Virus record (IMG/VR): IMGVR_UViG_3300037089_000131
DNA from: a virus
Length of the DNA stretch: 63,019 nucleotides
Reading direction: 5' to 3' (one strand)
Position 1 is the stretch's first letter; every line of letters begins with the position of its first letter. Shown one piece after another: positions 1-9,399 of this stretch. The notes beneath the pieces are model-generated. The model ran no database searches. It worked only from the letters and a program-made list of their open reading frames with translations, and was not told the origin of the DNA. Both the position numbers and the translations under genes were made by a program.

Positions 1-59
1 CGTTCCGCCAGTATGGGGCTTCCCAGCGCCGGTTCCTGAGCTACATTAACTTCTGCCTT

Positions 60-521
60 ATGAACAAGTTCAGGACTGTCGGGAGCAAGTTCTCCCGCAA
101 TCCCCTGAGCCGGGCGGACAATATATCATTGTCCGAGACCAACGATAACGGTAACGACAACCATGGAAACCACAACAACTCCACCGAGGAGTTTGTCTAC
201 CAGCACTCCAATGCCTTGTCAAAGGCGAGCCAGAAGGGGTTCAAGACGCAGGATGACCAGATGTTCACCGGGGAGTTCCTTGAGTTCGTCAAGAAAAGGT
301 CACCTGAGGTAGCCCCACTTCTTGCCGCTGTCTGGGAGGCAGGGGGGAGCTTTGCCGACACTCGGAGATTCTGGTGTGTTACCTGCAAGAGGCTTACAAA
401 CTTGCTGGAGATTAAATCAGGTATACACATCGGGCACTCTTTGGGTATTGAACAGAGACAGTTCAATCGCTTCCGAGGCAGGCTCAAGGAGCTGGCCGGT
501 AAGTTCGTAAGGGAGGTATAG
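60..521 (+). CDS. hypothetical protein
   Basis: 153-aa ORF with N-rich N-terminus; no recognisable motif. Confidence 0.4.
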   Translation: MNKFRTVGSKFSRNPLSRADNISLSETNDNGNDNHGNHNNSTEEFVYQHSNALSKASQKGFKTQDDQMFTGEFLEFVKKRSPEVAPLLAAVWEAGGSFADTRRFWCVTCKRLTNLLEIKSGIHIGHSLGIEQRQFNRFRGRLKELAGKFVREV

Positions 522-523
522 CC

Positions 524-829
524 ATGAACGCTAAATTACCTAAGCTTGAGAACTGGAGTTTTGTAGACAGTGCCTACACCGCACCAGAGCACCGTAAGCT
601 GCACTTGCAGGGGGAAGTGCATGGGGACAAGCGGTTCAAGGACGGGAACTTTGTCAGGACAAGTCATGTCTTGGAGTTCCTGCCTGATGTTGCCCCCCTG
701 ACGGCACTGACACGACATACCCGATACCGACTGGGGAAGATTGACCCCGAGTTCTCCCAATGGATGACGACGGAAGGGCTTGTCCTCGAAGGGTACAAGA
801 AGCCCTTTGATGTATACAGTATCACATAG
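524..829 (+). CDS. hypothetical protein
   Basis: 101-aa ORF 3 nt after the previous stop with an RBS-like GGGAGG upstream. Confidence 0.4.
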   Translation: MNAKLPKLENWSFVDSAYTAPEHRKLHLQGEVHGDKRFKDGNFVRTSHVLEFLPDVAPLTALTRHTRYRLGKIDPEFSQWMTTEGLVLEGYKKPFDVYSIT

Positions 830-908
830 GGTTGAAACCCCGTCAAGCCCAAGGACTTTCCTAAAGAAATGTACTATCCCTACCAAAGTAGGGGGGTAGT
901 ACACCGTA

Positions 909-3362
909 ATGCCCACATCGCTGACAGCAGAGTTCCTCGTAATCGCCCGTCCCACCGACGATAAGATTGCGTTGCTAGCAAAGCAGTTCAAGCTCACCCC
1001 TGAGCAGATAGAACTGTGCATACAGCTTGACCCCTCCCCCAACCAGACTGACTTCGTGACTTGGATTGCCCGCCAGCTTTCCAAGGGTAACCTTCGCCTT
1101 CCCGAGGACGGTCCCGGCACCAGGGATACCCTCACCGCCTTCCAGACCCAGCGCCGACGCCCTGCCTTCGGTGGGAGCAAGGACATCAACGCCTATGCCA
1201 CCCCAGGCGACCTTGCCGAGGCTGTCCAGCAGAACGCTATGGTGGTCGTGCGCAACAAGGATGCGGAGAAGTTCAGGAACATACCAGGGGCAAGAATGGT
1301 GGTCCAGAAGGGCGACCTCACCGTGTTCCAAGCGACGACCGCCGAGGCGTGTGCCCTACTTTCCGACTCAACTCAGTGGTGTACCAGGCATAGTGGGACG
1401 GCAGCAGGCTACATCGGGCAGGGTCCAAGCTACATAGGGTTCTACCACGGAGGACCCTATGCCCAGCTCCATCCTCCTTCTAACCAGTTCATGGACAAGC
1501 GGGACAATCCTCTCGTCAAGGTATATCGGGCCAAGCGGGAAAGCGGTGGGGGGTGGGGTCGTAGCCGCTGGCGGCAGGGAGAGGTGCTTGGTACGGTCAT
1601 AAACGGTCCTGTCGCCCAGACGATGGTTGAACTCCTGAGGCCAAAGTTTCCGGATGTTGAGAAGTGGTACCAGAAGCAGAAGATTTCCGACCCCAAGGAA
1701 CTGGCCAAGCGTCTAAACGAGCCTAACAATGTCTTGGACTTAGCTGTCCTTAACGGTGTCCCCCTTTCCCCGGAACAGGAAGCCAGATTGTTCAAGAATG
1801 GAGACCCAGAAGACTATGACGAATGGGAAGAGCTATGGAACTATGCCGACAAGTTCCATCCCACGGGAAGGTGGGAGCTGCTTGAGAACATCATAAAGAA
1901 GAACCTCAGGAAGAACCTGAGTCAGGCTATTCGTTATGCCAAGGAACGGATAAAGGGACGGTGGCCAGAAATGGAGCCGTTCATTATCCGCAATGCGGCC
2001 ATAAACGACCAGCACGCCGGGATAGCCTTGGACTATGCCGTCAATGCCATCAAGGGACGTTGGCCGGAGCTTGAGGAAAAGTTCAAGACCACCAAGAGCA
2101 CCGACACGATGCCCAATCTTGCCTTCAAGTATGCCGTGGAGGTGTTGAAGCAGCCTTGGAGGGACGCCGAGCCGCAGGCAAGGTTCCAATATGGGATGGT
2201 AAAGCCCGAGCTTCTGATGTGCCTCAACACCCCTGAGACGGCAATTGAATACGCCGAGCACTTCAACCTCAAGCCCTGGCCGGAGTTTGCCCAAATCCTG
2301 CTTACAAAGAAGCAGCTTGACTGGTATGTACGGTACCTTGCCAAGCTGGGCAACAAGGCAAGGGACCACCGCCTTGAGCAGCGTCTCCTGTCCCCTGTCC
2401 CGGAGGTCGAGAAGATGGTGGTCAAGATGGAGGACTACGAGCGAAGGCGGTGGAGGTACGAACACAACAACGAGGACCCCCCGTTATTCAAGATGGAGGA
2501 ACAGACCCTTAACAAGGACGGACTGGCAAATCAGTATAACGAAGAGGTTCTCGGAGAACAGCGCTGGCCGGAATTCGAACAGAAGCTCATTCGTGAGGCC
2601 AGCGACAAGGAGAGTAAGGTAATCCCCACGAGTTTCATGATGATGGAAGATAGCGGATATTATGGTGCTAGTCAAAAAGACCGTCTTCCTGACCCGTTTG
2701 CAACCTATATCAGTAATGCCGTAAAGGGAAGATGGCCAGAGTTTGAGCAGGTTCTCCTCCAGCGTTACCAAGACTACCCCGATGCCTGGAAGAGCAACCA
2801 AGCGCTGGTTTCTGGATACCTCAATCTTGTCGGACCCCTCGTAAAGGGCAAAGAGCCAGAGGAAGAAGTACGCTATAATAGGAATTGGACTCCTATGAAC
2901 GAAAAACCCACGCCTCCTACTGGTGTCTGGGCGGAGGGCGAGGCAATCCTCAGGCAACGCAGCCCCATATATGAGGCTGCACTTACCACCGAGGCAAACG
3001 AGGCCCTCGGCATGCCAGAGATTCCCTACAAGCTACCCAAGCGAGACGAGCCTGCGTATGTCAAGGAAGAACGGCAAGATGCCCTCTGGGAAGCAGGCTA
3101 TCATATAGGAAAGTATATTGAGTTCCTCCGTAGCATCGGAAACGACTGGCCAGAAGGGGTAGCCGTCCTGAACAGGGTAGAGGATATACGGGATGCCAGG
3201 CACAAGGAAATAAGAGATGTCGGAGGGCATTCAGTCGTTCATAGCAATCGGCTAAAGCCGCCCAAGGGGGAGCAGGGCATGCCCGCCAGCCACTATGGCA
3301 GCCTTCTTGACCGACTGGAGTCCCACGCCCTGCTCCACCGCAGGAGAATTCAACCCCTGTAA
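909..3362 (+). CDS. large hypothetical protein with internal KGRWPE repeats
   Basis: 817-aa ORF; a ~35-aa repeat carrying KGRWPE(M/L/F)E occurs at least 4 times (IKGRWPEMEP, IKGRWPELEE, GEQRWPEFEQ, VKGRWPEFEQ). Confidence 0.6.
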   Translation: MPTSLTAEFLVIARPTDDKIALLAKQFKLTPEQIELCIQLDPSPNQTDFVTWIARQLSKGNLRLPEDGPGTRDTLTAFQTQRRRPAFGGSKDINAYATPGDLAEAVQQNAMVVVRNKDAEKFRNIPGARMVVQKGDLTVFQATTAEACALLSDSTQWCTRHSGTAAGYIGQGPSYIGFYHGGPYAQLHPPSNQFMDKRDNPLVKVYRAKRESGGGWGRSRWRQGEVLGTVINGPVAQTMVELLRPKFPDVEKWYQKQKISDPKELAKRLNEPNNVLDLAVLNGVPLSPEQEARLFKNGDPEDYDEWEELWNYADKFHPTGRWELLENIIKKNLRKNLSQAIRYAKERIKGRWPEMEPFIIRNAAINDQHAGIALDYAVNAIKGRWPELEEKFKTTKSTDTMPNLAFKYAVEVLKQPWRDAEPQARFQYGMVKPELLMCLNTPETAIEYAEHFNLKPWPEFAQILLTKKQLDWYVRYLAKLGNKARDHRLEQRLLSPVPEVEKMVVKMEDYERRRWRYEHNNEDPPLFKMEEQTLNKDGLANQYNEEVLGEQRWPEFEQKLIREASDKESKVIPTSFMMMEDSGYYGASQKDRLPDPFATYISNAVKGRWPEFEQVLLQRYQDYPDAWKSNQALVSGYLNLVGPLVKGKEPEEEVRYNRNWTPMNEKPTPPTGVWAEGEAILRQRSPIYEAALTTEANEALGMPEIPYKLPKRDEPAYVKEERQDALWEAGYHIGKYIEFLRSIGNDWPEGVAVLNRVEDIRDARHKEIRDVGGHSVVHSNRLKPPKGEQGMPASHYGSLLDRLESHALLHRRRIQPL

Positions 3363-3415
3363 GAATCCCTGGAAATCCCTGTTTCTCCGAGGTATAATAT
3401 GAGTGAGGAGAAACC

Positions 3416-3862
3416 ATGGAAACCATCCCCTACTCAACTACCTTGGAAGACCTTAAGCTCCCCCCCGCCAAGGAGCCGATGCGACTCGTATTCTCAGGCG
3501 ACTTTGACTACGAGGGGTACAGCAAGAGCTACCGCTCCTTCTGCCATCTGGATGTCTATTCGGACGGCAAGGACAAGCGGGTATTCATCGCCACCGAGCT
3601 TTCCCGAAACACTGGCACCAGCGTCACCAACGCCATCGAGATGGTGGCGGAGGCCGTCGAGAAGCATTTTGGGCTTCCCCACGTCTTCGGTCCAGATTCC
3701 CCCAAGACCAACATCCTTGTCGAGCACTATGACCAAGACGACCACTATTCCATAGTAGAATTCGAGAAGGAAGGCGGCTCCCTGCGGTATTATGTGTCAC
3801 CCGGATGGTGGGGGGTGGACAAGTCCGAGGTCGAGCGCCTGACTGGAGGACCCATTGCCTGA
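3416..3862 (+). CDS. hypothetical protein
   Basis: 148-aa ORF preceded by GAGGAG RBS. Confidence 0.5.
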   Translation: METIPYSTTLEDLKLPPAKEPMRLVFSGDFDYEGYSKSYRSFCHLDVYSDGKDKRVFIATELSRNTGTSVTNAIEMVAEAVEKHFGLPHVFGPDSPKTNILVEHYDQDDHYSIVEFEKEGGSLRYYVSPGWWGVDKSEVERLTGGPIA

Positions 3863-4385
3863 ATTAACTCCCTTAACCATAGCTATCTGGGATGACCCTA
3901 TTCTGTCCACTGTGTGCGACCTGGTGGGAGCCGACGAGTTTGGAGAGGGGCTGGAGACGCTCGGAAAGCAGATGCTCCTCACCATGGGCGGCGGTGGAAT
4001 CGGGCTTGCGGCCAGTCAGGTAGGGCTGGCAAAAAGACTATTCGTGATGAGACGGACGACAGCAGACCATAAGGGTGAGACAATCATTGCCGTCAACCCT
4101 GTCATAGAGGCATTCGGGGAGTTCAAGGCCCACGAGGAGGGATGCCTGTCCTTCCCCAATATCTATGGCATAGTCAGCCGCCAGCAGGAGTGTGACCTGA
4201 CCTATCAAGACCCCTTGGACGGAGGCGAATGGACAGTGCGGCTGAACGGATATGACTCCTTCTGTGCGCAGCATGAGATTGACCACTGCAACGGGATAAT
4301 GTTCTTCGACAAGCGGCGGATGCCAAAATCGCTTGGAAGGAAGGTATTAAAGGAATGGGAGAAGTCCCGAAGGGGGAAACAATGA
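3855..4385 (+). CDS. def: peptide deformylase
   Basis: All three PDF motifs present: GIGLAASQVG (GxGxAAxQ), EGCLSFP (EGCLS) and HEIDHCNG (HExxH). Confidence 0.8.
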   Translation: MPELTPLTIAIWDDPILSTVCDLVGADEFGEGLETLGKQMLLTMGGGGIGLAASQVGLAKRLFVMRRTTADHKGETIIAVNPVIEAFGEFKAHEEGCLSFPNIYGIVSRQQECDLTYQDPLDGGEWTVRLNGYDSFCAQHEIDHCNGIMFFDKRRMPKSLGRKVLKEWEKSRRGKQ

Positions 4386-4528
4386 CTTGGGATGAGTTCA
4401 AGACCGCGAAGGAAGAGTACCAAAAGGCAATCAAAGAGGTGGAGCCTGGCATCCGTGTTGTGAGGCTGGCGTTCTGGGCACGGGAGTGGGCTGAGAGGCT
4501 CTTTGCAGAGATTGATACTACGAAGTAG
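4382..4528 (+). CDS. small hypothetical protein (48 aa)
   Basis: ATGA overlap with def stop; below the 60-aa cutoff of the ORF track. Confidence 0.25.
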   Translation: MTWDEFKTAKEEYQKAIKEVEPGIRVVRLAFWAREWAERLFAEIDTTK

Positions 4529-4975
4529 CAAGTTGCCCGTCCCCTGTCGGCTTATAGGACCTGGTCGCCCAGGGGTCCGAATTCAACGGCAGGAGACAAA
4601 AGGCGGCTCTTTTTGGAAAGCTGCGAGCCTCATAAACTCCAGTGTCCGTTCGACTCGGATGGGGTCGCCTTTATGGGTAATCCAAGGAGGATTCGATGTT
4701 TAATGTCATAAAATCGGGAAGATACACAGCCAAAGAAACGGAAATATTTTGATGGGTCATTCTTGATTTAGACTCTAACATCGGACCACCTTATATGATA
4801 GTGGCGTCCAGAACCCTGTTACAAGGCGGTAGGCTTGTTGAATGGGCGGACGACGTACATTGTGTAAAAAGTGGGTCTGACTCCAATACTGATTAACATG
4901 GGTCTAAAGTTTGTCGGCGGGTAGCCTGACCAAAACACTACCCTGACCAATAATTTGACTTTTCATAGCTTTGGT

Positions 4976-5551
4976 ATGAAAAGTCAAATGGTAGGTGGGG
5001 TAAAAGTAAGACTTCCGCATATCTGCAAAAAGTGTGGACAGGCTCTAGCCGAAGATGGCAGTAACTTTCATACACGATGGAGCAGTGGGAAGAGATATTA
5101 CCGGTTCTTATGCCGCCCCTGCTTTAATAAACACGATAAGCAATCTAAACCTCGGTGTGGAAGGACCGAGGGAGGCTATGCACGAAGAAACCAGACCATA
5201 AATAGCCGAAGACACGCTAATGATGAAAGACCAATCATTAAGGACTGTAGGGCATCGGATAGACGGCATGGCCTTTCCTGCGACATTGACAGAGACTACG
5301 TGGAACTTTTGATTTCAACCGGCTGCCAGTATTGCGGGGCGACCCGAGAGGACTTGCATATTGGGCTAGACCGGATGGACAATGCACAAGGTCATCTGAA
5401 AAAGAACGTGGCTCCATGTTGCACAAGGTGTAATTTAGTCCGTGGAGGAATGCCCTACAAGGCATGGCTTATCGTCGCTGAGGCGATGCGAAAGGCTAGG
5501 GAATTAGGGTTATTTGGTGAGTGGGTCCCCGGAAACAAAAGTAGGCTGTAA
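4976..5551 (+). CDS. HNH homing endonuclease
   Basis: C-terminal HNH motif CQYCG...HIGLDRMDNAQGH...CCTRCNLVRG with two Zn-binding CxxC pairs. The track ORF starts at TTG 4955; the first ATG is 4976 and lies inside a perfect palindrome. The gene sits in an AT-rich island. Confidence 0.7.
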   Translation: MKSQMVGGVKVRLPHICKKCGQALAEDGSNFHTRWSSGKRYYRFLCRPCFNKHDKQSKPRCGRTEGGYARRNQTINSRRHANDERPIIKDCRASDRRHGLSCDIDRDYVELLISTGCQYCGATREDLHIGLDRMDNAQGHLKKNVAPCCTRCNLVRGGMPYKAWLIVAEAMRKARELGLFGEWVPGNKSRL

Positions 5552-5560
5552 TCAAGTTAT

Positions 5561-5727
5561 CGGTAAGTAGCTCAGTGGAAAAACTTTGAATCGAAGATGC
5601 TGGCCAGCGTTATAGATTCAGAGACACTTTTGGAATTAGGACAAGTGGCCATAGTTCTAGTTTTGAAAGGAGAGCACCTTCATTACATGGAGGAGGTCGG
5701 GCGGTTCGATTCCCCCCTTACTGACCA
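5561..5727 (+). tRNA. tRNA-Val(TAC)-like gene interrupted by a ~95-nt insertion in the D-loop (possible pseudogene or unusual intron)
   Basis: Acceptor CGGTAAG/CTTACTG; TAGCTCAGTGG D-arm start; after the insertion come AGAGC, anticodon stem CCTTC/GGAGG with loop ATTACAT, a GGTTCGATTCC T-arm, discriminator A and encoded CCA followed by the AGTTT trailer seen on the other tRNAs. Confidence 0.35.
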
Positions 5728-5746
5728 AGTTTCAAAGGAAACAAAT

Positions 5747-5965
5747 ATGGTAAGGCTCTACAGGAACGGCAAACGGCTGGAACGCTGGAGAACTCGGGAA
5801 GGGTATGTCTACGTCCTGCTTGAAAATGGAAAGGTCCTCTTTGGCGGAGGACGAAAAGGCATGTATAGTCATCGCTATCAAGTCAGCGAGTTCGGATGCC
5901 ATGCCAACCTTGAGCAGGTAAGGGTTGAATTGAAAAAAAAGGGCTGCGTAAAGGAACGAGGATGA
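5747..5965 (+). CDS. small HNH_3/NUMOD4-like homing endonuclease-like protein
   Basis: MVRLYRNGKRLERWRTREGYVYVLLENGKVLFGG...HRYQVSEFG matches the G..L....GY.YV.L..NGK....HR pattern of HNH_3 proteins; AAGGAAA RBS; lies immediately after the tRNA-like element. Confidence 0.5.
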   Translation: MVRLYRNGKRLERWRTREGYVYVLLENGKVLFGGGRKGMYSHRYQVSEFGCHANLEQVRVELKKKGCVKERG

Positions 5966-6384
5966 TACCTTTCGGCAAGATTTTCCAAATCCGCTGGAAG
6001 GAAGCCATGGGTCGCCCTGAGTGCCCCTACCTTTACCGCTGGATGGTCATCATCTTCGGGTTCTCCATCCGCCTGCACCACTGGCTTCGGTCGGACGACG
6101 ACCGTCACTTCCACGACCACGCCTCTGACTTCATCTCTATCGTGCTCAAGGGGAAATACCAGAATGTGACGCCCAATGGAACGATTGAGGTTAAGGCCGG
6201 GACGGTATGGAAGTCAAATGCACTTAAACGGCACTACTTGCTTGTACCCAAGGAGGGTGCCTGGACGATATTACTTTGCGGCCGCCCCTACCATAAGTGG
6301 GGATTCTATGTCAACGACCACAAATGGCGTCCGCTTCGTTACTTCTCCAAGTTCGGAATCATTCAAGACGAGAACTATCAGTGA
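5962..6384 (+). CDS. hypothetical protein
   Basis: 140-aa ORF with His/Asp-rich segment HHWLRSDDDRHFHDH. Confidence 0.45.
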   Translation: MIPFGKIFQIRWKEAMGRPECPYLYRWMVIIFGFSIRLHHWLRSDDDRHFHDHASDFISIVLKGKYQNVTPNGTIEVKAGTVWKSNALKRHYLLVPKEGAWTILLCGRPYHKWGFYVNDHKWRPLRYFSKFGIIQDENYQ

Positions 6385-6390
6385 GGTCCT

Positions 6391-6708
6391 ATGCCAAAAA
6401 AAATCAGGATGCTGTCCCCTGTGGTATGCACGCACTGCGGGGCAATCTACGACTTGAGCGCCGTGGTGCCTATCTGCCGCTATGCCGACTGCACGACCTT
6501 CAAGACTCCCTGCTGCAACTGCTTTGCCGACGATAGGAAGTGGAAGAGCCTGCCGGACATCCGTCCTGTACTGAAAACATACCAGTGCGTAATATCCGAT
6601 GGCACTGTATTCCGCAGTATGGACAACCAAGGACGCATCAGGAGCATAAAGCTTATAGACCCCGACCCTGACGGCTCGAAGTATTCCTCCTCGGACGACC
6701 CTGAGTGA
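6391..6708 (+). CDS. hypothetical Cys-rich (Zn-binding) protein
   Basis: CTHCG...CRYADC...CCNC cysteine clusters. Confidence 0.4.
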   Translation: MPKKIRMLSPVVCTHCGAIYDLSAVVPICRYADCTTFKTPCCNCFADDRKWKSLPDIRPVLKTYQCVISDGTVFRSMDNQGRIRSIKLIDPDPDGSKYSSSDDPE

Positions 6709-6733
6709 TGTATAATATAGATGGGAGACTACC

Positions 6734-6952
6734 ATGAAGCTTGTTCCTTATGTCATAGGAGAATGCCTTCTTTGCAAGAAGTTTGTCACAGGACATCTCC
6801 TGCGGGGCAGGCAGCCAGAACCCCGCTTCTACACCAAGGGGGTTATCGTGGTCAGCCCCAGAGGCTCCCGCCATCTCGTCCAGTATCCGATTGACGCCAT
6901 GCATCGAGGTGTACAGGTAAGACCACGGGGCGTCAACTGTCGGAAAAGGTAA
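6734..6952 (+). CDS. hypothetical protein
   Basis: 72-aa ORF. Confidence 0.3.
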   Translation: MKLVPYVIGECLLCKKFVTGHLLRGRQPEPRFYTKGVIVVSPRGSRHLVQYPIDAMHRGVQVRPRGVNCRKR

Positions 6953-6960
6953 AGGACACT

Positions 6961-8058
6961 ATGCAAGATTCAAAGGAAAAGGCATCGTTCACGGAGCAGT
7001 ACTTCGATTACAGCGGCGGCAGGGAGAACGCCCCCTTGCTCACCGTCATGGTCGGTCCTGCGGGCTCGGGCAAGAGCACCATCGCCAAGAGTGTGGTGAA
7101 TTGGGCTGCGGGCAAGACCGTGCGGCTGAACCGTGATACCCTTCGGGCTATGCTGTTTGCCGACTCCCCATGGAACCATGCGAAGGAAGATGTGGTTCGC
7201 AAGTACGAGGAAGAGGGCATTCGCTCGTTCCTTGGCATGGGTCTGAACGTCATCGTGGACGACACCAATTGCGTGCCCAGGACCCGCCAGAAGCTTGAGG
7301 AGATTGCCCGTGGGGCAAGGGTCAAGTTCTGCCTGACGGTCATGAACATCGACAAGGAAGAGTGTTTGCGGCGGAACGCCCTACGCACCGGCAAGGAGGT
7401 CGTCCCCGAGGAAGCCATCGACCAGCACTTCAAGCGGCTCCGGGAGAAGACCGTGCGGCCGTTCGGCTACGGGATGGAGGAATCCAACCGGGCACTGGAG
7501 GACTGGAGCGAGCTTAACGCCACCATCGCCGGGGGCAGGGACTTCCACGAGCGCCTTCCGGGCGCACCGTGGGTATTCTGCGACGTGGACGGCACGCTGG
7601 CGGAGAACGAGGGCGAGAGGAACCAGTTCGACGAGACCAAGGTGCTTCTGGACTCCTGCCGGGAGCCGGTGGCGGCATGGCTCCGGGGGCTGTACTCGAC
7701 CCATAACATCTGCATCCTCTCCGGTCGGCACGATACCTGCTGCAAGGACTCATGCGACTGGTTCGAGATGTACAAGATTCCCTTTGACATGTTCCTGATG
7801 CGGGGAGCGACGAACTTCGAGCACGACTACATCGTCAAGCGCAAGATTATGGAGACGGTCCTCCGGGTAATCCCCAAGGAGCGCATCGCCTTCATGGTTG
7901 ACGACCGCCCGCAGGTCTGCCGGATGTGGAAGAACGAGCTTGGACTCAAGGTCTACCCGGTCGGGGGAACCACCGACCATGGGGCGACCTGCACCTTCGT
8001 CCCCGAGAAGAAGGGCTGGAAGCACTGCCCGCAATGCGGGGCGCTGGAGGACTTCTGA
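6961..8058 (+). CDS. pnk: polynucleotide 5'-kinase/3'-phosphatase (T4 Pnkp-like)
   Basis: N-terminal P-loop GPAGSGKST followed by a C-terminal HAD-type DxDGT motif (FCDVDGTLAE); same domain order as T4 PseT. Confidence 0.8.
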   Translation: MQDSKEKASFTEQYFDYSGGRENAPLLTVMVGPAGSGKSTIAKSVVNWAAGKTVRLNRDTLRAMLFADSPWNHAKEDVVRKYEEEGIRSFLGMGLNVIVDDTNCVPRTRQKLEEIARGARVKFCLTVMNIDKEECLRRNALRTGKEVVPEEAIDQHFKRLREKTVRPFGYGMEESNRALEDWSELNATIAGGRDFHERLPGAPWVFCDVDGTLAENEGERNQFDETKVLLDSCREPVAAWLRGLYSTHNICILSGRHDTCCKDSCDWFEMYKIPFDMFLMRGATNFEHDYIVKRKIMETVLRVIPKERIAFMVDDRPQVCRMWKNELGLKVYPVGGTTDHGATCTFVPEKKGWKHCPQCGALEDF

Positions 8059-8243
8059 TGGAAGACCTCAACGAGGAGTTTGACCGCCTGTGGGACGAGA
8101 CGGAGGGGCACCCAAGGCAGGACTGCCAGTGCCCCCTCTGCATCCGGTTCCGTGAGATAGACGCTATGCCACCGGTTCCTTGGACTAAGGAACAGCGGCT
8201 CATCGCAGAGTTCAAATGCGATTCACGTTTGGAGGACCTTTGA
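8058..8243 (+). CDS. hypothetical protein
   Basis: TGATG overlap with pnk stop; 61 aa with CQCPLC. Confidence 0.4.
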   Translation: MEDLNEEFDRLWDETEGHPRQDCQCPLCIRFREIDAMPPVPWTKEQRLIAEFKCDSRLEDL

Positions 8244-8572
8244 TGGGCGATTGCTACCTGTGCGACAAGCACTACCCCGGAACCGACCCCACCACCACGG
8301 TGGTGGTGAACACCATGGACCGGATGGACGGAAGAATCAAGCTCCTCAAGATGTCCAAGGGGCTTTACGATAAGTTTATCGCCTTCACCAAGGTCGAGGC
8401 TGCCAAGGAGGCCAAGAAACCAAGCTGGCTCGCCCGATGGTTCAACCGGCTTATCGGTCGCCACCAGCCGGACGCCAACTTATTCTTGGTTAGCGGCGGG
8501 CAGTTCTACCAGCAATGCCGGTACTGCGACAGGGCAATCCAGAAGGAAGGAAACCACTGGAGGGTCATGTGA
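8243..8572 (+). CDS. hypothetical protein
   Basis: GGAGG RBS; ATG overlaps the previous stop; Cys pairs CYLC...CRYC. Confidence 0.45.
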   Translation: MGDCYLCDKHYPGTDPTTTVVVNTMDRMDGRIKLLKMSKGLYDKFIAFTKVEAAKEAKKPSWLARWFNRLIGRHQPDANLFLVSGGQFYQQCRYCDRAIQKEGNHWRVM

Positions 8573-8913
8573 CGACCAAGCCCACCACCCTGTTCTGCGA
8601 CAAGCTAAAGAACCACAAGGGTGAGAACTGGTTCGCCCACTTCTACCCAAGCCGCATGCAGGTCAGGATGTGCCGCCTACCGGAGGAGATGAGCCGCCCG
8701 ATGCTGGAGGTGGAGGTTTCGGAGAGGACGGAGGCACCCGGATGCTACTGGGCATGGTGGGACGAGGAACATCAAAGGTTTGACTTCGTCTACCCCCACA
8801 AGGGGCTTGTAGAGATGTGCTTCCCCTATGGAACGAAGGTAGAGGAGGGGCAGGGACGGGGCAAACTACTCCCCGTGAATGTCAAGGTTATGAGGGAGAC
8901 GGAGCCACGGTGA
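8569..8913 (+). CDS. hypothetical protein
   Basis: Probable GTG start overlapping the previous stop (ATGTGA); the in-frame track ORF 8515 begins inside the upstream gene. Confidence 0.4.
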   Translation: MTTKPTTLFCDKLKNHKGENWFAHFYPSRMQVRMCRLPEEMSRPMLEVEVSERTEAPGCYWAWWDEEHQRFDFVYPHKGLVEMCFPYGTKVEEGQGRGKLLPVNVKVMRETEPR

Positions 8914-9137
8914 TGGACTTTTCCGACGACGCCAAGTTCTTCACCTACAGCTTCGAGGACGAGACCTCGCAGTTCGACCCAAAGGGACGGTGGGTACCCG
9001 GCGCTGAGTTCTACGAAAGGACGATGTACTGCCGTGTTCCTCTGGAGTTAAAGGACGACGAGGACCTGATTGGCGAGTTCATCGACCAGCACTGGGACGA
9101 AGAGGGGTTCTGGCGGGACGAACCCGAGAAAGGGTAA
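8913..9137 (+). CDS. hypothetical acidic protein
   Basis: TGATG junction; 74 aa. Confidence 0.4.
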   Translation: MDFSDDAKFFTYSFEDETSQFDPKGRWVPGAEFYERTMYCRVPLELKDDEDLIGEFIDQHWDEEGFWRDEPEKG

Positions 9138-9141
9138 TCCG

Positions 9142-9399
9142 ATGAAGCCAAAGTTTAACATCCTGCACCGGGACTATCTCAAGCAGGCGATACCGACCTT
9201 CATGAACCAGTGCGAGGGCGGTTCCTGCGGTTGCACGGGCAAGGATATCAAGCCTCCAGACTCCTTCGAGCTTGGGGCGCTGGCGGTAATGCAGGGGCTA
9301 GACGACATCCATTACGCACCCTATCACCACCTGACCAAGGTGGACGTGCTCAGGGCAATTCAGAAGCGGTGCCAATTCCTCATCGACCTGGAGAAATAA
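9142..9399 (+). CDS. hypothetical protein
   Basis: Internal ATG (MKPKFNILH) after the previous stop with an AGGG RBS; CEGGSCGC motif. Confidence 0.4.
   Translation: MKPKFNILHRDYLKQAIPTFMNQCEGGSCGCTGKDIKPPDSFELGALAVMQGLDDIHYAPYHHLTKVDVLRAIQKRCQFLIDLEK

Noticed and set aside
197-487. Numerous antisense or out-of-frame ORFs in the six-frame track (for example 197..487 -, 536..1189 -, 14954..15946 -, 40249..40824 -, 44642..45367 -, 50777..51871 -, 60269..60952 -)
   Set aside because: They lie wholly inside better-supported + strand genes, lack RBS signals and are Arg/Pro/Gly-rich. Such long spurious frames are expected in ~60% GC DNA.
5577-5670. Group I intron in the tRNA-Val-like gene
   Set aside because: The insert is only ~95 nt and sits in the D-loop rather than the anticodon loop, which is too small and wrongly placed for a group I intron. 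Kept only as an unexplained insertion.
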